64,000 bases of DNA, taken from Methyloligellaceae bacterium (GTDB taxonomy: Bacteria; Pseudomonadota; Alphaproteobacteria; Rhizobiales; CBDCYM01). Both the position numbers and the translations under genes were made by a program. This document shows positions 1-8,750 of this stretch, piece after piece (within the stretch, counting starts at the first letter, position 1; each line of letters starts with the position of its first letter). The stretch lies in contig CBDCYM010000011.1 of assembly GCA_965224165.1 (NCBI GenBank), positions 3,622,464 to 3,686,463 of the forward strand, read 5' to 3'. The notes below the pieces were generated by a model. The model searched no databases, was not told the origin of the DNA, and saw only the letters and a program-made list of their open reading frames with translations.

Positions 1-840
1 CCCTCTGCCCATGAGATGGCCACCGGACAAGGTGTTCTTATCGCACTTATCGACACAGGCGTAGATGTTTCGCATCCCGCTCTCCAAAATGCCATTGCCG
101 CAAAATTCAATGCGGTTGGTGACAAGGAATATAAAGCACATAAACATGGAACTGCCGTTGCCGGTGTTATTGCTGGTCAAGGCCAAGTTCAAGGCGTGGC
201 ACCCAACGCTAAGCTACTGGCCATTCGTGCCTTCTACGTAACAAAAAATGACCCAAAACCCAAAACAACTTCCACGATCTTGGTCCGCTCCGCGCAATGG
301 GCGGCGGATCGGGGTGCACGACTGGTTAATTTGAGCTTTGCAGGGGCTCGTGACCCCCTGCTGGAGGAAACCCTGCAAAATATCCACGAAAAAGGCACGA
401 TACTAGTCGCATCTGCTGGCAATGGCGGAGCAAAAGCACCTCCGGCTTACCCTGCTGCCTACAGCAATGTCCTCGCCATCACCGCAATTGACAAAGCTGA
501 CAAGCTTTATAAAAACGCCAACCAGGGAAGGTATTTGACAGCTTCAGCGCCAGGTGTAGATATATTAGCTCCTATTCCCAACAAACATTATGCATTTGCA
601 ACCGGGACATCTTTTGCTTCGGCCCATGTTAGCGGAATAATCGCCCTGATGCTGGAACGTGATCCGCAAATTAGTTCGTCCATTGCTACCGAGGCTTTGA
701 TCTCAACAGCTCACGATCTTGGTCCGCGCGGTTTTGACACGCTCTTCGGCGCTGGACGTACTGATGCCCTTGCAGCATTGAAAACTATTTTTGGTAAAAC
801 AGAAAAACAAAGCCAGGTTAACTTACAGGATTCAAAATAA
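1..840 (+). CDS. Subtilisin-like serine peptidase (S8 family), 5'-truncated by window edge
   Basis: The reading frame is open back to base 1. Catalytic-triad contexts are visible: IALIDTGVD (Asp), HGTAVAGVIAG (His), GTSFASAHVSG (Ser). Confidence 0.85.
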   Translation, partial: PSAHEMATGQGVLIALIDTGVDVSHPALQNAIAAKFNAVGDKEYKAHKHGTAVAGVIAGQGQVQGVAPNAKLLAIRAFYVTKNDPKPKTTSTILVRSAQWAADRGARLVNLSFAGARDPLLEETLQNIHEKGTILVASAGNGGAKAPPAYPAAYSNVLAITAIDKADKLYKNANQGRYLTASAPGVDILAPIPNKHYAFATGTSFASAHVSGIIALMLERDPQISSSIATEALISTAHDLGPRGFDTLFGAGRTDALAALKTIFGKTEKQSQVNLQDSK

Positions 841-1006
841 CCTCAGACCGTAATGAGCGCAGGGTTCAACTTAAAAGAGAAACCCTAGAACGAGATGAGG
901 TTAGATTGAATCATTTGACCGCGGGTAAGTTCCGGTTTTGCGAAAAAAAGATATTCGGCAACAAAAAGATAGACCATTTGAGCGATTCTATCGAAACGGG
1001 GATGCT

Positions 1007-2239
1007 CTAAGACTTCAGCTTTGTAATTATGACCGAGCTTTGTTCAAGAGTTTTGTGAACCGGACACTTGTCTGCAATCTCCATGAGACGCGTCCGAGTC
1101 TCATCACCAAAATCACCAGCTATTTCTAAATCTCGTTCAAAGCGGTCAATTCGTTCCTCCCGCCCCTCGCCGCAATCTTCACAATCCTTCGCGTGGATCT
1201 TTTGGTGACGAACATCAACCTTGACTCGCTCAAGGTGCAGTCCCTTGCGATCTGCATACAGTCTGAGAGTCATCGATGTACAAGCACCCAGCGCAATACC
1301 AAGAAAATCATAAGGAGAGGGGCCTGAGTCAAGTCCTCCATATTCCTGCGGCTCATCAGCCACCAACCGATGATTTTCAGAAACCACGTCTTGTTGAAAT
1401 TTTCCTGCTCCGGTCTCAACGACACTCACAACACCTTTTACCCCCGGCATAGGTAATAGGTGCTGCTCTTCTCCACCATCTATATAGCGTGATGCCCAAG
1501 CTGATAGTACAGCAGCCACATAAGCTGCGTCTTCTCGACGGCTTAAAAGATGATCTGCACTATCTAAGGAAATAAAACTTTTGGGATGTTTTGCAGCCTG
1601 AAAGATCGCTGCAGCATTTTCAATACCAACTATTGCATCCAATGGCGCATGAAAAACCAATAATGCTTTCCCAAGTTGAGAGACCCGTTGTTGAATGGCT
1701 TGAGTTTTCAAATCATCTAAGAACTGCTTTTTGATTGTAAATGACCGTCCCGCAAGCTCAACTTTGGCAATTCCTTTGTTCTCTATTTCATCCAGATCGC
1801 CACTAAAATTATGGACGACATGCTCAGCATCGCCCGGTGCTCCAATCGTAATAACCGCCTTAGCTTCAGGAACATCAGGAGCCGCTGATAATACTGCTGC
1901 ACCGCCCAGGCTATGACCAATGAGTATTTGGGGTGCCTCGTAATTTTCACGTAAATAGGCAACGGCCTCTAATAAATCACCCACATTTGAAGAAAAGTTT
2001 GTACTGGCAAATTCCCCTTCACTTGCACCAAGGCCGGTAAAGTCAAAACGTAGGACAGCAAATCCTCGATTAGCAAGCTCCGCCGAAATACGAGAAGCTG
2101 CGAAAATATCCTTAGAACATGTAAAACAATGAGCAAAAAGCGCATAAGCTCGAGGCTTGCCTGCGGGAAGATCGAGCCGGGCGGCAAGCTGAGCAGATTG
2201 ACTACCAGTAAAAGTAAGCCTTTGAGAATTTCGAGGCAT
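1007..2239 (-). CDS. Alpha/beta-hydrolase fused to OsmC-family domain
   Basis: The N-terminal half has the GHSLGG nucleophile elbow of alpha/beta hydrolases. The C-terminal ~140 aa resemble OsmC/Ohr (LGACTSMTLRLYA, KCPVHKTL). Confidence 0.75.
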   Translation of the reverse strand: MPRNSQRLTFTGSQSAQLAARLDLPAGKPRAYALFAHCFTCSKDIFAASRISAELANRGFAVLRFDFTGLGASEGEFASTNFSSNVGDLLEAVAYLRENYEAPQILIGHSLGGAAVLSAAPDVPEAKAVITIGAPGDAEHVVHNFSGDLDEIENKGIAKVELAGRSFTIKKQFLDDLKTQAIQQRVSQLGKALLVFHAPLDAIVGIENAAAIFQAAKHPKSFISLDSADHLLSRREDAAYVAAVLSAWASRYIDGGEEQHLLPMPGVKGVVSVVETGAGKFQQDVVSENHRLVADEPQEYGGLDSGPSPYDFLGIALGACTSMTLRLYADRKGLHLERVKVDVRHQKIHAKDCEDCGEGREERIDRFERDLEIAGDFGDETRTRLMEIADKCPVHKTLEQSSVIITKLKS

Positions 2240-2712
2240 TTCTGACTCCTAAAAAATGCAATCTTTTAGTAGATGCCGATTGATGAACAAAAATTGACAT
2301 AAATAATATTGATAGAAACAAGGGCGAATATGATGCCCAACATTTTCAAACATATTTATGACGCGCGTGAGCCTTAGATAGTTACCGTAGCTTAGGTCAG
2401 CTGAGAGTATCACTTAATTTTGAAAGGCTTAGCTGTAACCTTTTTGTGCATTTCTTGCCCAACTGTTTTGATGATATCCTTAGAGTTACAAGACCTTGTC
2501 TGTATTGCGCAAAATTTGGCCCAGCAAGTTAGCATGGAGAATATAATTTCCGCGCAGGGTCGGAGTTTGTCGGCAAAGTTGGGCCTGTGGTTGTTCAGCA
2601 GCCATTCATCTTGCCATATATAAAATTTTTAGGCCCACCGTTTCATGCGAAGCGGATGTGCATGATCCCAGATTTTTTATCTGCGGATCGCGGTTTAACA
2701 AGGGAGTAAGTT

Positions 2713-3231
2713 ATGAGAGTGCTCTTGTGCACGTTCATTACCGCCATAGCTTCGGTGGTAATGCTAGCTGGGGCTGGCCCCGCATCCGCTGCCGCTGTTG
2801 GCAGCCAAGCGTCGGCGTTAGCCTCTCCAATTCAGACGCAAGCTCTAATTGCTGATGAAAAATCAAGTCAAGTAATCAAAGTTCGACGCCGGGGACGTGG
2901 GTACCGTCGAGGACGCGGGTTCCATCGAGGACGCGGGTTCCATCGAGGACGCGGGTTCCATCGAGGACGTGGGTACCGTGGCCGGCATTTCCGTGGCCGC
3001 AAATTTGGCCGTCGTTTCCGTCGCGGCCGTCGTTTTCGCAGACGTTTCCGTCGTCACCGCCACCGTCATTTTGGCCTCTATTTCTACCCGTATTACTACT
3101 ATCCATATTACTCCTACTCCTATGGATATGGTTACTGCCGCAAATGGCGCAGGCGCTGCGGCTATCGTCATGGATACAGAACCAGGCGCTATTACCGTTG
3201 CCTACGGTACCATGGTTGTCGCTATTACTAG
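2713..3231 (+). CDS. Secreted hyper-basic low-complexity protein (Arg/Gly block, Tyr block, 4-Cys tail)
   Basis: AGGGAG Shine-Dalgarno lies 6 nt upstream of the ATG. Signal-peptide-like N-terminus MRVLLCTFITAIASVVMLAGAGPASA. The frame is supported by a conserved C-terminal Cys module shared with the ORF at 58421-58663. Three overlapping alternative-frame ORFs come from the GC-rich repeat and are not preferred. Confidence 0.65.
   Translation: MRVLLCTFITAIASVVMLAGAGPASAAAVGSQASALASPIQTQALIADEKSSQVIKVRRRGRGYRRGRGFHRGRGFHRGRGFHRGRGYRGRHFRGRKFGRRFRRGRRFRRRFRRHRHRHFGLYFYPYYYYPYYSYSYGYGYCRKWRRRCGYRHGYRTRRYYRCLRYHGCRYY
2890..2979 (+). repeat. Five tandem 18-bp units (consensus cgaggacgcgggttccat) encoding RGRGFH/RGRGYR
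   Basis: Three perfect copies at 2908-2961 are flanked by two diverged copies. The units are in frame within the 2713-3231 CDS. Confidence 0.9.
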
Positions 3232-3271
3232 CATCTGACAAGCTATTAACTTATAGCGAACATACTTATCG

Positions 3272-3307
3272 AGCGGATCCCCATTTGGAGGATTCGCTTA
3301 TTTTTTG
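3272..3307 (+). terminator. Probable rho-independent terminator
   Basis: Stem agcggatcc / ggattcgct (one G-U pair) with a ~9-nt loop, followed by TTATTTTTTG. It lies 40 nt after the stop at 3231. Confidence 0.55.
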
Positions 3308-3526
3308 CCTGTAGAGCGTTATGAGGCTAAATTGCCCGTTCTTCAATTTGCTTTGAAATGCCACCCATTCGTATCCCCCGACTTTGATTTTCCAATCAAA
3401 CTAAGCGTGGGTTGGCAGTGATATTTTTAAGACGAAAAGTTGGAGAGCCATGAGGTTAGAGCAAGATCAGCAAAAAAACATTCTTACGGCTTGTAAGGCG
3501 AACAATGAATTCAATGTTTACTTCAT

Positions 3527-4972
3527 TCAATTCAACTTGATTGATATCCCCAATTGACCACCAATCCGATCAAAATCCTCACCCAATTCCCCTTCAACGG
3601 CAACATAAGACTGGATACTTTTATCAACTGAAAAATCTATTCCAAGACGTCCAAACGCACTTGCTTCATTGTTATCAGATATCTCAAATGGAATATCCTC
3701 AATGGAAAACTCGTTCTCATCCAAAAATGTATAGTTGATTCCTGCCTGAATAAATGGTCGTAACTTCCAATTCTGATGAGAATATTGACCGAAGAGTTTG
3801 GCAGATATGGAGCCGGTCAAAAAATGAGATTCAGAATCGCCATATCTGGTATCAGCAGAATCCAAATAAGAGTCACCGGACCCATATGCATAAGACAACT
3901 GTGACCGCAGATCAATTTTGCTGCGATGTGAGGCATCAAAAATATGCCCTACTCCTAAAGCAATAACCGTACCTGCCACATCATAAGACCCCTGAGATTC
4001 AAGTATGAGATTGTTAGAATCTACGTTACCGAATGATCCGCTAGCCATTCCAAACGTATAAGTTCTATCGAACGTCAATACTCCAAAAGCACCTAGTGCA
4101 AACGATGATAAGGTAGCTTCACCCGCCTGATCAAAACCGTTGGCCTTAAGAACGGGATCTGAGTCTACATCGATCTCAGCATAGGTATAATTTGCAAAAC
4201 CCCCAATGACTGCATTGTGTTGATCCGGACGGCCACTTAACCTATTTGACATTGTATAACGGAACCCAGTCGTTACACTTAAAGCCTTGATATCTTGCTC
4301 TTGAGTTTTCCCGACAACCGTTCTCGCTCCCCCTCCTTGTAAATTAAACCCTTCTGAACTGTCTGCACTGCCGAAATAATACGTCGGATTCGTGAATGAG
4401 AAAGTCGCCGCTGATGGAGCTTGAGATTTAATGGTTTTTCCGCTTATTGAAGCCTGGCCAGCAGTAACAATGATAAATGGTGAAGTCCCACCAACACCAG
4501 ATGATCTACCATCAGAGCTATCCGCCCCCTCATCTTCTCCGCCATCCGCGCTTCCACCGGCAAGCCCAGCATCAATCAATTGCAATATGTGGGAAGTTGC
4601 AGCAACATTTGCTGCCTGAGACGCTGCTTGGTTGATTGTTGCGGCTTGGTTTTGAAGCGAAGTCTCTGACTGGTCACCATCTCCGTTACCGGTACCATTA
4701 CCGCTACCATCATTATCATCGTCATCGCGACTGCCTTTTCCGGAATTCCCAGGACAACCATCACCATCGCGATCAGCAATAGGATTATTATTGGCATTAC
4801 CGCTATTACCCGGACAAATGCCATCATTGACCTGGTTTTGCCGCGCAACTTGAGCCTGGGCCGGTTCGACACAGGCAAAACTATGGATAACAACCAGAAT
4901 TACAAATATGGAGAGTATCAAACGCCAAAACTGACAGAAACCCGCACTCATCTCTTTGTACCTTACACCCAA
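3527..4972 (-). CDS. Outer-membrane beta-barrel protein, autotransporter-like, with acidic Gly/Asn/Asp-rich passenger
   Basis: Hydrophobic signal-like N-terminus (LILSIFVILVVIHSFACVEPAQA). Low-complexity passenger with a duplicated CPGNSG motif. The C-terminal ~280 aa show an alternating beta-strand pattern (NWKLRPFIQAGINYTF). The protein ends in KLN rather than an aromatic residue. The start may be 4951. Confidence 0.55.
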   Translation of the reverse strand: MGVRYKEMSAGFCQFWRLILSIFVILVVIHSFACVEPAQAQVARQNQVNDGICPGNSGNANNNPIADRDGDGCPGNSGKGSRDDDDNDGSGNGTGNGDGDQSETSLQNQAATINQAASQAANVAATSHILQLIDAGLAGGSADGGEDEGADSSDGRSSGVGGTSPFIIVTAGQASISGKTIKSQAPSAATFSFTNPTYYFGSADSSEGFNLQGGGARTVVGKTQEQDIKALSVTTGFRYTMSNRLSGRPDQHNAVIGGFANYTYAEIDVDSDPVLKANGFDQAGEATLSSFALGAFGVLTFDRTYTFGMASGSFGNVDSNNLILESQGSYDVAGTVIALGVGHIFDASHRSKIDLRSQLSYAYGSGDSYLDSADTRYGDSESHFLTGSISAKLFGQYSHQNWKLRPFIQAGINYTFLDENEFSIEDIPFEISDNNEASAFGRLGIDFSVDKSIQSYVAVEGELGEDFDRIGGQLGISIKLN

Positions 4973-5292
4973 CTTAATTGTCTTTTATGAGTGGTACCCT
5001 TCTCCGGAGCTTGCCCTCATTATTAGAAATACCAACCTCATCGACATATGAACAAGCTACATCGGGACAACAGCAACCCGTTTTTGCATATGCTGTTCCA
5101 TTTCGGCAACAAATATTGTCACAATTATCCTTTATATTTTAATTGGTTCTATGGATATTCTAATTTTTTGGTTGAAGAATATTGATTGTATCGTGTAAAG
5201 GGGTAATGTGAAATGAGCTTCCCATTGTTAGGTATTTGATTTTGCCTAACAATTTAAGCGGGGTAGTTCATATTTTGTCATAGTGCGTTGAA

Positions 5293-7254
5293 ATGGCTGA
5301 GGCTCAGCATTTAAGTCTGCTCAAAACAGGGGTTAGATCGTGGAACGCGTGGCGGGAAGCACATCCGAAGATTAATCCCAACCTTGATAAGGCTGCATTA
5401 TCTTTGGGCGAAAAACAATGGGGTCCAATGAATGGCGGCCCCATTAACTTGAGCTGCGCCTATCTTCGAAACTCCCAACTATCCAACGCGACTTTGATAA
5501 ATGCCAATCTGAAAAATACAGAATTGGATGGGGCGGATCTTACCGGTGCACGGCTATCTGGGGCAAACATGCAAGGCGCTAATCTTAAGGGGGCCTGTTT
5601 GAAACGCGTAAATATGGAAAATGTCAAACTAGGTGGTGCCAATCTTCGTGGCGCCGACCTCAGGGAGGCACTCAATATAACCTACCGACAGATTTCGGTT
5701 GCCATGGGTGATGAGACAACTCGTCTTCCCCCAAAAATCAAAACGCCTATGTCGTGGTTAAAAACGGATGTCGCCCAAAACCCACGCCAAGATGAAACTG
5801 AGATTTTACCTATTCAAGAACCTTTGGTTGCTCTTAATCCCTATGCTGTACTTGGCATCAGTGAGGATGCCACCCAGGATGAAATTCGCGAAGCTTACCG
5901 GGCCCTGGTTAAGAAGTTTCACCCGGACCTTCAGTCCTCAACTGACGAAGCTGACGCAACGATTAGGAGAATCAATGCCGCCTATCAAATCATAGGAGAT
6001 CCTGGCCACCGAGCTGAATTTGATAAAAGCCTTTCTCGTACGAGCAAAGGTTATAGTGTCTCATCCTGGCAGTATAACCTATACATGCTGATGGCATTTG
6101 GCTTTTTAGTTGGTTGCGTAACCGCTTTCATGTTCTTTAAAAACAGCGAAGTGAGCAAACCTACAATTGCACAAATCGAAGCGGATGCTAAACAACATGC
6201 CGATGATGCAGCCTGGCGTAAGGCGGCTAAAACAAATACTAAGCTAGCCCTGCAAAGCTATCTCGATCTTTTTCCAGAAGGACGTCATATCAAAAAAGCC
6301 GAGCAACATCTCACAGCACTAAAAGAGATGGCAATAAAAAAAGAAATTGAGGCAAAACGGCGTGCCGATGACATAGCTTGGGCCAAGGCAGACAAAGCAG
6401 ATACCAAGTTAGCTTTGGAAAACTATCTCGGTCACTATCCGGAGGGGCGTCATACCAAAAAGGCCGAACAACGCCTAACGGCACTAAAAGAGATGAAAAT
6501 AAAAAAAGAAATTGAGGCAAAACGGCGTGCCGACGACATAGCTTGGGCCAAGGCAGACAAAGCAGATACCAAGTTAGCTTTGGAAAACTATCTCGATCAC
6601 TATCCGGAGGGTCGTCATATCAAAAAGGCCGAACAACGCCTAACGGCATTGATAGAAGTCGAAGCAACGCAGCGCGCCGACGACACGGCATGGGACAAGG
6701 CGAATAAGGCAGGTACCAAGCTAGCTTTACAAAGCTATCTCAATCGCTATCCGGAGGGACGTCATATCAAAAAAGCCGGGCAACGCCTTGCGGCACTAAA
6801 AGAGATGGAAATAAAAAAGAAAATTGAGGCAAAACGGCGGGCCGACAACGTAGCTTGGGCCAAAGCAGACAAAGCAAATACCAAGCCAGCTTTACAAAAC
6901 TATCTCGATCACTATCCGAACGGTCGTCATACCGAAAAGGCTAGAGAGCGCATAGCAACATTGAAGGATACTGGGGTCACACAGCGCACAGACGACGCAA
7001 CTTGGCAATGGGCGCACCGGACAGGCACAGAACACGCTTATCGAACTTATTTGAAATTGTTACCGAAAGGCCGTCGGGCTGCACAGGCGCGCGAAGCTTT
7101 GCAGCGGATCACCACCTCCCCTACAAACCAAACATCCTCACCATCCAAACATGAAATTCGGTCGACATCAGCCCAACGTGAGAAGCAACAACCCCAGCAA
7201 TCAAACGACCGGCCGTTATCACCTGATGAAGTTTTTGTGGGTCCGTTGAATTAA
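5293..7254 (+). CDS. Pentapeptide-repeat / J-domain / single-TM / six-repeat C-terminal domain protein
   Basis: Pentapeptide repeats (ANLKNTELDGADLTGARLSGANMQGANLKGA), a J domain with HPD (YRALVKKFHPDL), a TM helix (YMLMAFGFLVGCVTAFMFF), then six repeats of the type AWxKAxKxxTKLALxNYLxxYPEGRHxKKAEQRL. Confidence 0.85.
   Translation: MAEAQHLSLLKTGVRSWNAWREAHPKINPNLDKAALSLGEKQWGPMNGGPINLSCAYLRNSQLSNATLINANLKNTELDGADLTGARLSGANMQGANLKGACLKRVNMENVKLGGANLRGADLREALNITYRQISVAMGDETTRLPPKIKTPMSWLKTDVAQNPRQDETEILPIQEPLVALNPYAVLGISEDATQDEIREAYRALVKKFHPDLQSSTDEADATIRRINAAYQIIGDPGHRAEFDKSLSRTSKGYSVSSWQYNLYMLMAFGFLVGCVTAFMFFKNSEVSKPTIAQIEADAKQHADDAAWRKAAKTNTKLALQSYLDLFPEGRHIKKAEQHLTALKEMAIKKEIEAKRRADDIAWAKADKADTKLALENYLGHYPEGRHTKKAEQRLTALKEMKIKKEIEAKRRADDIAWAKADKADTKLALENYLDHYPEGRHIKKAEQRLTALIEVEATQRADDTAWDKANKAGTKLALQSYLNRYPEGRHIKKAGQRLAALKEMEIKKKIEAKRRADNVAWAKADKANTKPALQNYLDHYPNGRHTEKARERIATLKDTGVTQRTDDATWQWAHRTGTEHAYRTYLKLLPKGRRAAQAREALQRITTSPTNQTSSPSKHEIRSTSAQREKQQPQQSNDRPLSPDEVFVGPLN
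6190..7090 (+). repeat. In-frame tandem coding repeats (~150-171 bp period, six copies; two nearly identical at about 6313-6650)
   Basis: Near-identical DNA blocks are directly visible, e.g. aaaagaaattgaggcaaaacggcgtgccga...ccaagttagctttggaaaactatctcg occurs twice. Confidence 0.9.
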
Positions 7255-7287
7255 CCATCGCAACATCAAACGGGAAGTCCAGCTGTT

Positions 7288-7707
7288 TCAACTCTTATGC
7301 TTGCTTCCTTCGAGACTCTGACACACGTCTTCAAGAGAGAATGGCTTCGGCATAATGCTATCAAATGATTTGCACTTTGCTGGCTGCGCTTTAAGCCCGT
7401 TCACATCTGACGTCATCGCGATGAAGCGCGGCACTCTTCTGTCATAACCTTCTGCGTGGTATGTGGCGACAACTTCGGTACCGTCCATTTCAGGCATATG
7501 GAAATCTATGAGTACAATATCGTAATATTTTTTCTTCAGCGCATTCAGTGCTGCCTTGCCATCTCCGACAAGGTCTACATGATAACCGCGCTGTGTCAAA
7601 AGAAGCCTAAGTAGGTCTCTTGTGACGGGGTTATCTTCAGCAACAAGAACTCGATTTTGCGAAGGGGTCTCCGAAACCTGGACATCACTTGATCCCGCAC
7701 TGGCCAA
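7288..7707 (-). CDS. Single-domain response regulator (receiver)
   Basis: VLVAEDNPVTRDLL...DIVLIDFHMPEMDG...MTS...KPF is a receiver-domain signature. The start codon is apparently TTG. Confidence 0.75.
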   Translation of the reverse strand: MASAGSSDVQVSETPSQNRVLVAEDNPVTRDLLRLLLTQRGYHVDLVGDGKAALNALKKKYYDIVLIDFHMPEMDGTEVVATYHAEGYDRRVPRFIAMTSDVNGLKAQPAKCKSFDSIMPKPFSLEDVCQSLEGSKHKS

Positions 7708-7947
7708 AACATCCCCCTGAATTTTTGCTGCCTAAGTCGTTATATAAAAAAAACAAATAGTTAATTCGCCCACAAAACAATCTCCATATTAGCTTTGCTT
7801 TGTAAATTTGCGACTAACGGCTTGGGCCTAAATAATAGGATGCCATGACAAAACTGTGCTTTAAGAAAAAATATCCGAATAACCAAATTTTATTATCCAT
7901 GCCCAATCATACGATAAATAACATTTTAACGGTCGCAAGAGGATTGG

Positions 7948-8343
7948 ATGACAAAAACCCTGCAACGGATCACCTACGTGGAAGACGATGCCGATATCCG
8001 AGCACTGGCGCAACTCACACTTGAGGAGATCGGCGGGTTCGCTTTACAGCTTTGTGCTTCGGGTTCTGAGGCGGTTGCGAATGTTCAGGGCTTCAATCCA
8101 GATGTTATTCTGCTTGATCACATTATGCCGGGAATGAATGGAATTGAAACCCTTAAGGCGCTGCGCAAAATACCTAAGCTACGCCAAACCCCGGTGATCT
8201 TCATGACGGCAAACGCAGGCAAGGAGGAGAATAGCCGTTACAAAACTCTCGGTGCGGTAGGTGTCATTGCAAAACCTTTTGATCCCATGACGCTTGCCGA
8301 AACTATCAAGGGTCTGTGGCAAACCGCCGAGGGGGTAAATTAA
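7948..8343 (+). CDS. Single-domain response regulator (CheY-like receiver)
   Basis: ITYVEDDADIR...DVILLDHIMPGMNG...VIFMTA...AKPF. Confidence 0.85.
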   Translation: MTKTLQRITYVEDDADIRALAQLTLEEIGGFALQLCASGSEAVANVQGFNPDVILLDHIMPGMNGIETLKALRKIPKLRQTPVIFMTANAGKEENSRYKTLGAVGVIAKPFDPMTLAETIKGLWQTAEGVN

Positions 8344-8717
8344 TGCAAGATCAATTGCGTGCTTTGATCGATAAACATTGCGACTGGTTGGAAAGGCAGA
8401 TCGCTTTAATAGCCGACAGTCTAGAGGCGCTTACTGAGGGCAAAAACAATCGTCGAGAAATTATTAATGAGGCTAGAGAACAAACGCATCAGATTACAGG
8501 CACAAGTGGGACAATGGGATTCAAACAGGTAAGCTTAGCCGCCCAGGCATTAGAAAATTGCTTAGAAGCTACCGGACAAAATTCCGATGGACTAGATCCG
8601 CAACAATTCATGCAGATCAATACGCTGTTCCATACATTGAGTGCCCTGGCCGCTGAGGTTTCGCCGGAAAAGTCAACACTCTATAACGTTGATCTCTCTC
8701 AGATTACCAAGCAATAG
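8343..8717 (+). CDS. Hpt (histidine phosphotransfer) domain protein
   Basis: The ATG overlaps the upstream stop (TAATG), implying translational coupling. HQITGTSGTMGF matches the HxxxGxxxxxG phospho-His motif of Hpt domains. Confidence 0.7.
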   Translation: MQDQLRALIDKHCDWLERQIALIADSLEALTEGKNNRREIINEAREQTHQITGTSGTMGFKQVSLAAQALENCLEATGQNSDGLDPQQFMQINTLFHTLSALAAEVSPEKSTLYNVDLSQITKQ

Positions 8718-8750
8718 AAAAAGTTGTGCACCCGAAAAAATCCGGTCTAT

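Noticed and set aside
1007-2239. The alpha/beta-hydrolase-OsmC fusion as a novel architecture.
   Set aside because: This fusion is a commonly annotated bacterial architecture, so it is not novel.
2434-2491. Weak TGTAAC-like half-sites (ctgtaacctttttgtgca and gagttacaag) upstream of the Arg-rich protein gene, considered as a third member of the TTGTAACA regulon.
   Set aside because: Only partial matches, with different spacing and orientation, and >220 bp from the start codon. Not distinguishable from chance.
2863-3241. Three long overlapping ORFs (2897-3238 +, 2863-3171 -, 2876-3241 -) across the Arg/Gly repeat region.
   Set aside because: They are by-products of GC-rich, stop-poor repetitive DNA. 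Only the 2713 frame has a Shine-Dalgarno site, a signal peptide and a paralog-supported C-terminal module.
6313-6650. Near-identical ~171-bp tandem repeats, considered as a CRISPR-like or VNTR array.
   Set aside because: The repeats are contiguous with no spacers. They are in frame and encode a coherent protein repeat within a single long ORF.
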